Below are positions 11,154-20,733 of a stretch of DNA of 64,000 nt, in pieces. The stretch's first letter is position 1. Every line of letters starts with the position of its first letter. A program made the translations under genes and the position numbers. Source of the DNA: a virus (taxonomy: Duplodnaviria; Heunggongvirae; Uroviricota; Caudoviricetes); the IMG/VR virus record IMGVR_UViG_3300025765_000001. One strand, given 5' to 3'. The notes below the pieces were generated by a model. It was given only the letters and a program-made list of their open reading frames with translations, was not told where the DNA came from and did not search any database.

Positions 11154-13381
11154 TGCAAAATGGCCTTTGGTAAATCAAAAAGCCCAGGCCCGCAAGGGCC
11201 TGGGCTTTGTTGATACAACGCCTTGGCAAGCACTTGTTCAAGGTGCTGCACCGCACCAGCCTCGTCCAAGAACAAGCCATCAAGCTGTGCTTCGTAGCAT
11301 TCGCCGATGACCTGTCCAAACAGCGGCCCCGGCTTGAAACCACGGTCGATCAGGTGTTGTCCGCCAATGATCGGCCTTGGTTTTGCAGCCTCAATAGCCA
11401 ATCGCTCTGCGATAGCAGCGATCTCCTTGGCTGGTTCTGGTAGACCACCGGCAAGCGGGGGGCGTCCTGAATGGTCGGCTTCGAGAATGAGCAATAATTC
11501 TTTCATTGTTGCTTTCCCAAGCCGAACAGATAGACGCCGTACCACTCGATCCGTGATCTCGCTGGTGGTCATGCAAATCATATGCTCTGCAACCAGCGGC
11601 AGAACCTTATCTACAATCCTTTGTAGACACCCAATCCTTTCCAAGAATCGGCGAGCTAAAGGTACTCCTACCTCTGCGTGACCCGGCGATCTCCACCTGT
11701 ACGTTGATGAGTGGATTCCTTGTTCTGGCAATGTCTTGCCAAGGTCTTGACAACTTCTATTTTGTCCATTCTCATCAACGTACACGGTGGTCCCGCCGTT
11801 TTGTGGTAGGGCTTTCCCTAAATCGTGGCAGAGAGCCGCAAGTATGATCGTAGCACGATCCTCGCCTTGCAAGCCTTCTCTATCACAGATACGGGCAGCG
11901 GCATCGCATACATGGAGCGTGTGTGTCCAGGCACAACCGATTCTGACTTCAAAACTAGATTTTTCTTCTAGTTTTTGAAGTAGTTCTACTCCATTATAGG
12001 GTGAAGGCAGGTACACAGGAGTAGAACCATGACAGTCAATGCTTCCATTCACTCGAAGGTCGAAGTGAACGAGTACATCACCATCAATGGTAGAACCAGT
12101 CGCATCCACTACAACAAGGGATACGCTTACACCAGTTGGCCTGGGCATAACGGAACCATTGGTGTCCATCGAATCTTGATGGAATTGCACTTGGGGCGAG
12201 AACTCTTTTCCAGTGAGCATGTTCATCACAAAGATGGCAACCGACTCAACAATAGCCTCGATAACCTCGAAATCATTGATGGCTCGATTCACAACCGACA
12301 GCATACAACTCTCAGGAATCTTAAACATGATCCTGATAATTTTACCTGCCTCGATTGCGGATCGACCGAACGACCACACAAGGCTTTCGGGATTTGCGAA
12401 AGTTGTTGGTTCAAACGTCGCCGAAAAACCATCGCCAAGAGACCCTGTGCTATTTGCAGCAGAGAGACCGTCAACGGCACCGTCTATGCCGGGCTTTGCG
12501 GGCGATGTGCCTGCAACAACTGGCATTGCTGCCGACTTTGCAGAAGAACTAGAAAAGAACTTCCGCAAAGTAAAACTCCGATCAACCCTGATGGTTTGTG
12601 TAGAGCTTGCCAAGCGAGAGTTAAACGGAAACTCCAAGAACTTTCGTTCAAGTAGCTCCCATCCTTCCGGGTGCCATTCAGGGTCTTGTGGAACGTCGAT
12701 CAGATTCAATAGCTCTGGGTAGAGCCGAATCCAGCCGCTCTCTACAAGGAATCGAAGGCCCAGAGAAGGAAGTACGCCTTTCAAAGCCCACTTCTCCCAC
12801 TCGCCCCAGATACGCTCAATAGCTAAGGTATCGGCCTCGCAGATTAGCTTCTGGCACATATCAAGCGTTCTAGCATCGGCGATCAGCTTAAACCGGCTTG
12901 CGAACTGGAAGCCCCTCAGCACCCGTAGTGGGTCTTCAGAGAAGTGTTCGCTGATAGCTCGCAATACGCCGTTGAGCAAATCCTGCTTGCCGCCATATGG
13001 GTCTACCAATTGCCCGTCTAACCTCTTGCCGATGGCATTGATGGTGAAGTCACGCCGCAGTGCGGCCTCAGCCGGGGTCATCGTGTGATCGACTTCGACC
13101 TGAAAGCCTCTGTGCCCTCGCCCGGTCTTGTTGTCACGGCGAGGTAGAGAGAAATCGAAGTCTTCATCCTCGGTAGTCAGCTTGATAACACCAAAGGACT
13201 CGCCGACTATGCTCACCTTGCCGAAACGACGCAGTACGATGCACAGAGCCTCGGCACTAAGGCCAAAGACTTCAACATCTACGTCTTTGCTTTCCAGGCC
13301 GAGTAGCTCGTCACGAATACAGCCACCGACCTTGATGGGGTCGCCGCCTGCCGCAACGATGGCTTGTAGGATATGGTTCAT
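11150..13381 (-). CDS. cca: CCA-adding tRNA nucleotidyltransferase with HD domain, carrying a 726-bp in-frame insertion
   Basis: VGGCIRD, DVDVE, RRDFTINA, EDPLRVLR, ERIWGE, PQDPEWHPEG...WTHT, LCHDLGK motifs. Confidence 0.9.
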   Translation of the reverse strand: MNHILQAIVAAGGDPIKVGGCIRDELLGLESKDVDVEVFGLSAEALCIVLRRFGKVSIVGESFGVIKLTTEDEDFDFSLPRRDNKTGRGHRGFQVEVDHTMTPAEAALRRDFTINAIGKRLDGQLVDPYGGKQDLLNGVLRAISEHFSEDPLRVLRGFQFASRFKLIADARTLDMCQKLICEADTLAIERIWGEWEKWALKGVLPSLGLRFLVESGWIRLYPELLNLIDVPQDPEWHPEGWELLERKFLEFPFNSRLASSTQTIRVDRSFTLRKFFSSSSAKSAAMPVVAGTSPAKPGIDGAVDGLSAANSTGSLGDGFSATFEPTTFANPESLVWSFGRSAIEAGKIIRIMFKIPESCMLSVVNRAINDFEVIEAIVESVAIFVMNMLTGKEFSPQVQFHQDSMDTNGSVMPRPTGVSVSLVVVDATGSTIDGDVLVHFDLRVNGSIDCHGSTPVYLPSPYNGVELLQKLEEKSSFEVRIGCAWTHTLHVCDAAARICDREGLQGEDRATIILAALCHDLGKALPQNGGTTVYVDENGQNRSCQDLGKTLPEQGIHSSTYRWRSPGHAEVGVPLARRFLERIGCLQRIVDKVLPLVAEHMICMTTSEITDRVVRRLSVRLGKATMKELLLILEADHSGRPPLAGGLPEPAKEIAAIAERLAIEAAKPRPIIGGQHLIDRGFKPGPLFGQVIGECYEAQLDGLFLDEAGAVQHLEQVLAKALYQQSPGPCGPGLFDLPKAILH
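11936..12661. mobile_element. HNH-bearing insertion in cca
   Basis: Interrupts the conserved HPEG|xxWTHT motif; 242 codons, open on both strands. Confidence 0.75.
12029..12655 (+). CDS. HNH homing endonuclease with Cys-rich C-terminus, antisense inside cca
   Basis: VHRILMELHLGRELFSSEHVHHKDGNRLNNSLDNL, several CxxC pairs, GGAG RBS. Confidence 0.85.
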   Translation: MTVNASIHSKVEVNEYITINGRTSRIHYNKGYAYTSWPGHNGTIGVHRILMELHLGRELFSSEHVHHKDGNRLNNSLDNLEIIDGSIHNRQHTTLRNLKHDPDNFTCLDCGSTERPHKAFGICESCWFKRRRKTIAKRPCAICSRETVNGTVYAGLCGRCACNNWHCCRLCRRTRKELPQSKTPINPDGLCRACQARVKRKLQELSFK

Positions 13382-14451
13382 CTCGGCCTCCTATTTTTAT
13401 CCTTCCTCTTGACACGCCTGCGGTCTTCTGGGTTCGGGTCATCTAAATAACCCCTTCTTCTGTGAAAGAAAAGGGCCTGCGGCCCCGTAGGGCCAACCAA
13501 AGTTTGTCGGCTAGTTCAGGGTGTTTGGCAACAACAAGATCGCTTCCGTTGATCGTCCAACGCCTGTAATCACCATCGGCTTCATCGAAGTCTTGTTCTT
13601 CGTAAGCCTTCGCCATCCTCTTCTGCCGTTTGGTTAATGCCAACTTCCAACCTCCAACCTCCGATCAATGTTCGGCCTGTAGGCCACGCCGACGCAGGAA
13701 TTCACGAATCAACTGGTCAGGGGTTTCGATACCGTGTAGCGTTCCGCCTTGCTCGACAATCGTGGTCGCCATCGAGCTTACGGAGTAGGTACAAGGGTTG
13801 TCGCCCTCGTGATCCTGCACCACGATGAGGAAGCACCGCTTGCCCAGCTTTTTTACTAACGTCTGGACTGGCGAGAACAGTTGCTTGAAGCCCACGGCAT
13901 CGCACATGTAGTAGTCACCGGTATCGGCCTTTTTCTTGTACGAAGCCGTTGGCCTCTCCGTGTGGAGACCAGTTCTCACCCTGCATCTTGGCGAAAGCAT
14001 CATTGATGTCGTTGGCCTTGATGTGCGTGCGTTCGGGCCTGTCGATATCAGGCAGGGCATTCTGTTCTTCCAGAAAGGCATACCCCATGATGCCGTCACG
14101 GAAAAAACCGGGCGACATATACCAGACATGGTATTCGGTTGTGCCGTGGTTCAGGCCAGGAAATTCGCTCAGCTTCACGATTGGTCCTCCTCTGTTCACA
14201 GCCATCTAGTAATGACCAGATAAGCAAAGATAGCGATGCCGATGAACGGCAGGGCGATCAGCAGGATCAGAAGTCACAAGCGTAGCGTAGTCGTCCTCGG
14301 CCCCGCCGCTCATCGTGAATCCTTGGCCCGCATCTTCTTCAGTTCCGTCACTCCCGCTTACCTTCGATCAGGTCATCGATGCTCTTGGCATCGAGAGTGA
14401 GAAACTCAGCCATGTCAGACCCTCGTGTGGTTGAGGCATGGAGCGTGCCGG

Positions 14452-14733
14452 TTAGTCGTCCTCATCATCGTCCGGATCGTCATCATCATCTAAGTCGTCA
14501 TCGTCCGAATCGTCATCATCGAAGTCGTCATCGTCCAGATCGTCGTCATCATCCAGATCGTCGTTATCGAATTCTTCGTCCTCGAAGTCGTCGTCGTCTG
14601 GCTCATCGAATTCCGGGTCATCATCAAAATCGTCTTCGTCCTCGTCGGGACCGGCGACGACGACATCCGCACCGTGAGCGAAAATGACGGTCTCGACATC
14701 GGGCAACTGAACTTCAAACGTTTGGGTTGTCAT
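14452..14733 (-). CDS. Extremely Asp-rich acidic protein
   Basis: AAGGAG RBS; C-terminal two-thirds mostly D/E. Confidence 0.65.
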   Translation of the reverse strand: MTTQTFEVQLPDVETVIFAHGADVVVAGPDEDEDDFDDDPEFDEPDDDDFEDEEFDNDDLDDDDDLDDDDFDDDDSDDDDLDDDDDPDDDEDD

Positions 14734-14773
14734 GGGTATTACTCCTTTTTGCGAGAACAACCTAGTTCAGGAG

Positions 14774-14913
14774 TGGAGGCGAGGGGAGTCGAACTCCTGT
14801 CTAACTGAGTTGCTAGGTTGCCGCCGAGTTTTCGTTGTACGCATTTGTCTCGGCTTGGGCTACCACGCCCCAGGTATCTACTTGGCTCAGCTATCGAAAC
14901 CGTGAACGCCCCC
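14774..14913 (-). ncRNA. ssrA: Miniature tmRNA-like RNA (140 nt) with tag ORF AYNENSAAT*
   Basis: Acceptor stem GGGGGCG/CGCCTCC-A with G3.U70, 5' GGTTTCGA, helix TAGCTGAG/CTCAGTTA, GAC-AGGAG-TTCGACT-CCCCT T-arm, internal 9-codon frame at 14842-14813. Confidence 0.8.
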
Positions 14914-14980
14914 TTTAGCCACACTTGCGAAGGTGTGGCTTTGTACGACAGTCGCATATAGTTCTTCTATTTTGATCCTC

Positions 14981-15352
14981 CTATACAAGAATTTTACGAT
15001 CAACCGCCTGCTGGAACGCCCGTTCGTATAGTTCCAGTAAACGAGCCATTGGGTCCGTTGTCTTTTTGGGGATGTATTGCACGACAACCCAGGAAGGCAC
15101 ATTCTGTTCGTTGTACCTGTCCACGCCACGCATAATGCAGGTGATCTTCTCGCCGTAGCCAAACTTCACAAAAAGGCGATTTGCGAGTTTGCGACCCTCA
15201 TCCGTCCAGGGCAGAACCACGAAGCGAATCCGATTATTGCCACGGCAAGCTGAGTAGCTGCCGCTCAGAGCCTTGACCGCCTTCGTGAACTTGATGAAGG
15301 ACGGGTTGGCATGTAGATGCAACTCGACGTGCTTGGGTACTGGTGCTGTCAT
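14981..15352 (-). CDS. Hypothetical protein
   Basis: 123-aa ORF, AGGAGG RBS. Confidence 0.65.
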   Translation of the reverse strand: MTAPVPKHVELHLHANPSFIKFTKAVKALSGSYSACRGNNRIRFVVLPWTDEGRKLANRLFVKFGYGEKITCIMRGVDRYNEQNVPSWVVVQYIPKKTTDPMARLLELYERAFQQAVDRKILV

Positions 15353-15651
15353 TGGTCCTCCTTAATTCAGGCCCCATTGTATTGCCAAAGCACTTTCTGT
15401 AAAGCCGGGTTTAGCGGCTTTTCTTCGCCTGTTGTTTGGCTTTATAGCGTTCCAGAGCGACCTGCCTCGGTCATGTTAAGCAAGGCCCAGCCGGAAAAAC
15501 CACTCCACGCTGCCCAGCCAGCATCTACAATAGATTTAACAGTGCGGGCGTGTCGTTGCCGTTCATGGTTTTAACTTCCCGATCCTGCAACGGCAAGGCC
15601 CGCAACTACCGGCCCGCAACTACCGGACTTGTTGTTTCGATGGCGTCCGCA

Positions 15652-16170
15652 TCACTTTTCCTTCATGCGTGGAGCGTTGGGGAAGTCACGGTCGAAGCCG
15701 TCTAGCTCGTACTTGGCCTGATTCCTGGCGATGCGAAGGCTCTCACGGCAGTAGGCCATGATACGCAGATCGTTTTCACTCTCGCCACGCCCGCACATGC
15801 GAGCTAAACGAGCGAAATGTACGGGTGGATAGAGACCTAGGTTGATATAGCTTTCGCAAATCTCCCAGGACAGATTCATCCCGCCGCCCGTCAACACTAG
15901 TGCCAGCTTGTCATCCGCCTCGAAGCGAACGATGGTGGTACAAACCAACAACTCCTGCACATTGTCTGGGATATCGAATCCATCAGGCAACGGGTAGTAG
16001 TTCATCATGGGGAACCAGCCGTCATTGTTCTCGGTGTCCCTCATGCCGCTGCCATTGCAATCCTCGCAATCAACTTCGCCGTCGCCCCCACATTCGGGGT
16101 ATTCCAATGATTCCTCCTCACTTACAAAGACGCTGTTGGATAGCCTCGGCCTTCGTGTAGGTCGAAGCAC
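15652..16170 (-). CDS. Phage-type hypothetical protein with CxxC motifs (true start probably near 16107)
   Basis: PMMNYYPLP and LTGGGMNLSWEI segments; 5' end overlaps tandem repeat. Confidence 0.6.
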   Translation of the reverse strand: MLRPTRRPRLSNSVFVSEEESLEYPECGGDGEVDCEDCNGSGMRDTENNDGWFPMMNYYPLPDGFDIPDNVQELLVCTTIVRFEADDKLALVLTGGGMNLSWEICESYINLGLYPPVHFARLARMCGRGESENDLRIMAYCRESLRIARNQAKYELDGFDRDFPNAPRMKEK

Positions 16171-16410
16171 GATTTAGTTCCTTGCCCTTGCCGTCCTTGA
16201 CGATCAGGATGCCCACTTACAAAGACACTATTGAATAGCCTCGGCCTTCGTGTAGGTCGAAGCACGATTTAGTTCCTTGCCCTTGCCGTTCTTGACGATC
16301 AGGATGCCCACTTACAAAGACACTATTGGATAGCCTCGGCCTTCGTGTAGGTCGAAGCACGATTTAGTTCCTTGCCCTTGCCCTTGCCATCCTTGACGAT
16401 CAGGATGCCA
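16121..16410. repeat. Three tandem ~95-bp copies of a gene 3' end
   Basis: CTTACAAAGAC recurs at 16121, 16216 and 16311. Confidence 0.9.
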
Positions 16411-17036
16411 TTCTCCATCACGGCATTGACATTACCACCACTGCCGAAGAAGTTGATGTCTTCAGCGATCTTTTCGGCTTCGTCCAGCGTGAGAGCATCA
16501 GCAGGGACGCCACAGGTGCAGACCGGTTCGTCCCGACCTTTCTTCACTGGCTTCTTGACTCCGGCCTTCGGCTCTTCCTTCGTTCGTTCTTCGGGCGGCT
16601 TGCAGCCGCCGACGCAGTAGCCGTAGTCTGATGTATAGTCCTCACGGACCATCTCTCCGCAGTAACCACAGCGGCGGGTTGTTAGGCCATAACCCTTCGG
16701 CCACGCCTTGCGGCCATGCACGTTCCGCAAGGCCCACAGCAGGGTCTTGAAGGGCATCGAATCTTCTTCCCAGCGAGACTTCGTGGTGATCCGATATAGC
16801 CGTACTCCCTCTCCAGAGCCGGGTGATTGGTGCGTACTAGCGAGGCGAAGAACCGGCGAGTCTTGCCGGTGCCATTGCAGTTCATGTAGTGCGTGTTGCC
16901 AATTGCGATGCAATCAAGCTCGGCCAACGTGATCTTGTAGACGAATTCGTGATCGTTGGCGTTGTGTACATGGAAGATGGCGTTGCCGCTGAACAACCAC
17001 TCCCAGCATGGTACGGTAGTGCTAGTTGCCACGGTC

Positions 17037-17525
17037 TCAGTCCTCTTTCTGGATGTTCCTCGTGTACCGGCAGTTGGGGTAGTTGCTGCACCCCAGGAAT
17101 CGCCGCTTGTCGTCTCTGGTCTGCTTCGGAATGATCGGATGATCGCATTCCGGGCACCGCTCCTTCGGCATGTAGTCGAGCCAGGAGTCCAGGCGATTTT
17201 GCAGGTTCTTCTTCCAGGTCTGAATGCGGAGAACCTTCTTGCTGCCGCCGACTTCGACGGGGTAGCCATCGGACGGACGACGCATCCAGAGAGCGACCCG
17301 AATGGCGTCTTCTCCAGACGCACGGCTCTCGCCTGTCGGATTGATGCCGGTGTAGATGCGGAGCGACAGCACCAAACCGTCCTGATCGACCCGCTTGGCG
17401 TACACGACTTCGATGGTGCGGTCTTCGGGTCGGAACTTCTTGGAATCGACACGCTTGAAGCCCTGGGGAGCCAGGAAAGCGTCGATCTCATCCAGTGTGA
17501 CGTTGTGATAAGCCTTCTTGGTCAT
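17037..17525 (-). CDS. Protein with C-terminal topoisomerase-type C4 zinc ribbon
   Basis: CPECDHP...FLGCSNYPNCRYT; CACGAGG box upstream. Confidence 0.75.
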   Translation of the reverse strand: MTKKAYHNVTLDEIDAFLAPQGFKRVDSKKFRPEDRTIEVVYAKRVDQDGLVLSLRIYTGINPTGESRASGEDAIRVALWMRRPSDGYPVEVGGSKKVLRIQTWKKNLQNRLDSWLDYMPKERCPECDHPIIPKQTRDDKRRFLGCSNYPNCRYTRNIQKED

Positions 17526-17565
17526 GGGTCAGGCCCTCGTGCGATGGTGAACCTCAACTACACCC

Positions 17566-17593
17566 ATTGTAGTCGTGGCGGGGCCGATGTCAA
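17566..17593 (-). promoter_or_regulatory. Promoter TTGACA-N16-TACAAT
   Basis: Read directly. Confidence 0.75.
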
Positions 17594-18124
17594 GTTGCTT
17601 TAGCTCAGTAAGGCGTTTTTCTTCAGAATCTCGATGATCTCGGCTAGGGTTACCCTATCCTGGTTGTGAAACACCAGTTCTAGCTTGTAGGCCCCGTTCG
17701 TGGTCGTGTAGCCGGTGAAGTAGCGGCCATTTTCTAGTTTCTACCCCATGCTTCTAGGATCGAGACCCAGGCTGAGAACGAATTGATCCATCACCAGTTT
17801 TGCGGCGGCATCGTTGAGGTCACGTTGACGGCTGGCCCTGATACCGTCTACCTCGGCCAGCAACCACTTCACGGCCAGTTCGATCTTGTCGTCTGGCATC
17901 GTGCCGCCTTCGTCGCTGTAGATGCGTTGTTGGTGCTTACCGTATCTGGCCTTCTTGATGACAATTCTATTTTCGCCATATAGCCGGTAATCCACATGGA
18001 TTCGCTCGCCGTAGACGGTGAAGACAGATGCCTCCTTGCTGGCTGCGGGATCGTGTACTTTCACACGCTCTAGCAGCTTGTTTGAAATAACCTCGGTCAG
18101 TGTTTAGAAGTCCATTGGCCCTCC

Positions 18125-18616
18125 TTATTTTGTTGCTTGCTTTGCCAGCCATTCCGTCATCGTGATCCTGGCATCCTCGACCATGATGACGCAGTTCTTC
18201 CCCTGGGGGTTGAATTCGGTTGCTCCATAGTCGAATTCGTACCAAGCGTCCTTGCCTGTTTCTTCCTTGGCCTTGGCTACCTCTTTACGAATGCGGCGGC
18301 TGCCGCTATCCGTAACCTTGAGACTGAGGCCCTGGTCGCCCATGCGAACGGCGACATGGAACCGCTTGTATTCTTTTGCCGTGGTCACGTCTACATCGGC
18401 GATGTCGGTGATATGACGCTTCGGTTCGTTGGCCGACTGCCAATTCGGTTTCGTGGCCGGGCTGTTGTCCTCGTGAGTCGCCGGTGTTGTCCAGCTTGCA
18501 TCATTGGACAGATTGATACTCTGCCAAATCATGATGCCGCCACGAGTACGAATCCATTCTGCGATCTTCGCAGCGTTGGCCTCGTCACACGTATATCGTT
18601 CCATTGTTTCTGGCAT
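18125..18616 (-). CDS. Hypothetical protein
   Basis: 163-aa ORF, AAGGA RBS. Confidence 0.7.
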   Translation of the reverse strand: MPETMERYTCDEANAAKIAEWIRTRGGIMIWQSINLSNDASWTTPATHEDNSPATKPNWQSANEPKRHITDIADVDVTTAKEYKRFHVAVRMGDQGLSLKVTDSGSRRIRKEVAKAKEETGKDAWYEFDYGATEFNPQGKNCVIMVEDARITMTEWLAKQATK

Positions 18617-19187
18617 TGCGTGTTCCTTTCTTTCGGTGTTTCCAGGTCCAGACCACCTTCACCCTCGCCCATTGCTCGGTGTCGGTCTTGTCGGTCAAAT
18701 CGTGATATCGGCGATCTCCTGTTTGAAATGATTGGTCATTGTTGAGACCATTCACTCCTGAATGGCAATGGTAAACGAGCGGTTGAAGTTGTGATATACA
18801 CGACAGCGAACCATGCCACGACCCGCCCAGGCCATCCCACCCCATCCTTCGGGCTTGTCGTTCGGGTCGTCCTCATCGTGAACGACATCAGGAGTCAATT
18901 GCACTGTAATCTTCTGGTGTTCCGGCACCTTGTTGTGGCGAGCGAACACCACGACGCAGGCAAGCCATATCGACCGAATCTCTTCAGCCGAATTGGGTAG
19001 ACGGCATGACTTCTTATTGCCGTAACCGTCTGTTTTCAGGAACACCAATTCGGGTAGAAAAGTTATTTTCTTCATCGGTTTTCCCAATCCTCTTCTTCGG
19101 CGATACGATCCACGCAACCGTAACAGAAGCCGGTGATCTCAGGACTCTTGACCGCTGTGTCTTGCCACTCATCGTCATGCGGCCCTC

Positions 19188-19712
19188 CTAGAACGGAATC
19201 TCGTCATCGCTGTAATCACGAGGAGGCGGATTCCTGGCTTCATTGACTACCTCGGCAGCGTAGTCTGGTTGATCGGGAACGTCTTCGGGTTTCTGGCCCT
19301 GCACCAGCCGGTACTGTTCTTCGGTCATCTGGTTATCGGGCACCAGTGTATCGAGGACGGCAGCGTAAACATACGGGTCTAGTTTCCGCAGTTCTCGCTC
19401 CAGTCGGATTTCATGATCTGCACACCGATGCTCGGTGTAGGTGCGAATGTCGAGCGTATTTTCGGCGGCACAAAACGCACAATCCTCTCCATCGGGGTTC
19501 TGATCCCGCAGCGTGCGTTCACGTTCCACGGCGGCATTGGCGAGGGTGCCAACCAGGGCCATGAACCGATCTTCCTGCCACTGCTCTTCGGTAATGAACC
19601 CTTCGGTGCCACAGTGATAGCAGGCATCCCAGATCGGCTCGCCGTACTCTGGGTCTTCATCGCTGATTTGACGGCCATCACCATCGCACTTCGGGCACAC
19701 TCGTCTCGGCAT
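19188..19712 (-). CDS. Zn-finger (CxxCxG) protein with SSB-like acidic tail DDEIPF
   Basis: CPKCDG, CYHCG, C-terminal DYSDDEIPF. Confidence 0.65.
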   Translation of the reverse strand: MPRRVCPKCDGDGRQISDEDPEYGEPIWDACYHCGTEGFITEEQWQEDRFMALVGTLANAAVERERTLRDQNPDGEDCAFCAAENTLDIRTYTEHRCADHEIRLERELRKLDPYVYAAVLDTLVPDNQMTEEQYRLVQGQKPEDVPDQPDYAAEVVNEARNPPPRDYSDDEIPF

Positions 19713-19729
19713 GATTTGGTCCTCGTGCG

Positions 19730-19969
19730 TTAGTGCCAGATCATACGCTTCGGCAGGTTGGCAAGTATGCCAACAAACATCTCGTCATTGTGCGTACACT
19801 GGCTACAGGTCGGGGCTTTGGGCTTCAAGCTAGAATCTTCGGGATGAAACACGGCGTACATCAGACTGCGTGATTTCTTGCAGGTCTTGCAGCGACCGAC
19901 CTTCTTCATGCAAAGGCCGATTTTGCCGATAACCACACCATTCTGAGTGACGTTCATGGGTTCCTCCAA
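19730..19969 (-). CDS. Small Zn-ribbon protein
   Basis: CKTC and CSQC pairs, directly below a promoter. Confidence 0.55.
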   Translation of the reverse strand: MEEPMNVTQNGVVIGKIGLCMKKVGRCKTCKKSRSLMYAVFHPEDSSLKPKAPTCSQCTHNDEMFVGILANLPKRMIWH

Positions 19970-19977
19970 CTCAGCCC

Positions 19978-20005
19978 ATTGTAGTGCTGGTCTTATCTAT
20001 GTCAA
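19978..20005 (-). promoter_or_regulatory. Promoter TTGACA-N16-TACAAT
   Basis: Read directly. Confidence 0.75.
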
Positions 20006-20080
20006 GCGACCTTACATGCCAAGGCAAAAAAGCCAGAGTCTTTGAAACCCCGGCTTGCTTGAGACTGGTTGTTGTCTAGG

Positions 20081-20416
20081 CTATGCCCGACTGAAGAAAA
20101 ACGGGTCCAGCCGGTTCGACAGTTCCATCCATTCGGCTTTCACATAGCCCGCTTGATGGGTTGCTCTAGTCCATAGGATCAAAAAGAGGTCTCTGGTCGA
20201 AATCTCTTCGAGCCTCGGAATCTTCGTGTTGTCGTCTGCGTGAGTCACAACATCGGGAACGGGAAGGGGGTCGGGGTGCGTGTCCGTCACATATAGTTCC
20301 CCGACCATATATGAATTACCCACCGAGATCGTGACGGACTGGTGTTTGTGACCATCATTGCCAAAGACGTGGGTACGCCCCGGCTTGCAGGCGAGCATGA
20401 GATGCGAGTCACGCAT
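20081..20416 (-). CDS. Hypothetical protein
   Basis: 111-aa ORF, GGAGG RBS, hairpin downstream. Confidence 0.6.
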   Translation of the reverse strand: MRDSHLMLACKPGRTHVFGNDGHKHQSVTISVGNSYMVGELYVTDTHPDPLPVPDVVTHADDNTKIPRLEEISTRDLFLILWTRATHQAGYVKAEWMELSNRLDPFFFSRA

Positions 20417-20733
20417 TTGCTCGGCCTCCTTGCTAGGTGTAACGAATACGGACGTTTACCTAGTTGCAAGCAATCCGTGCTAAACGTACCCGCCGCTCCA
20501 ATGCGACGGGTCATCTCCCCCAAAACATCAGAGGGTGGGCGGTGATAGCTGACTGCCACCACGGAGGATTTCGTCCATTTCCTCCAGTTCTGGCAAACCA
20601 TCTACTCGCTCTGTTACAAGCTGACCAGCCAGGGGTAGGCTAGAAGGGCCAACGTGTCGTTTGGACGGGGGAACATAGGGGTTTCCAATGCGGATTTAGA
20701 CACCATTCACAATCGGTCCTCCTGGTAAGGGGA

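Noticed and set aside
11936-12661. Intein or group I/II intron in cca
   Set aside because: No C/S start or HN end; too little non-ORF sequence for a ribozyme core; the ORF is antisense
14774-14913. Ordinary or intron-containing tRNA-Ala
   Set aside because: No D-stem or anticodon arm; ends and internal frame fit tmRNA
15480-15625. TnpB/IS605 remnant (KSIVDAGW on minus strand)
   Set aside because: Single short motif, with no RuvC or Zn-finger context and no element ends
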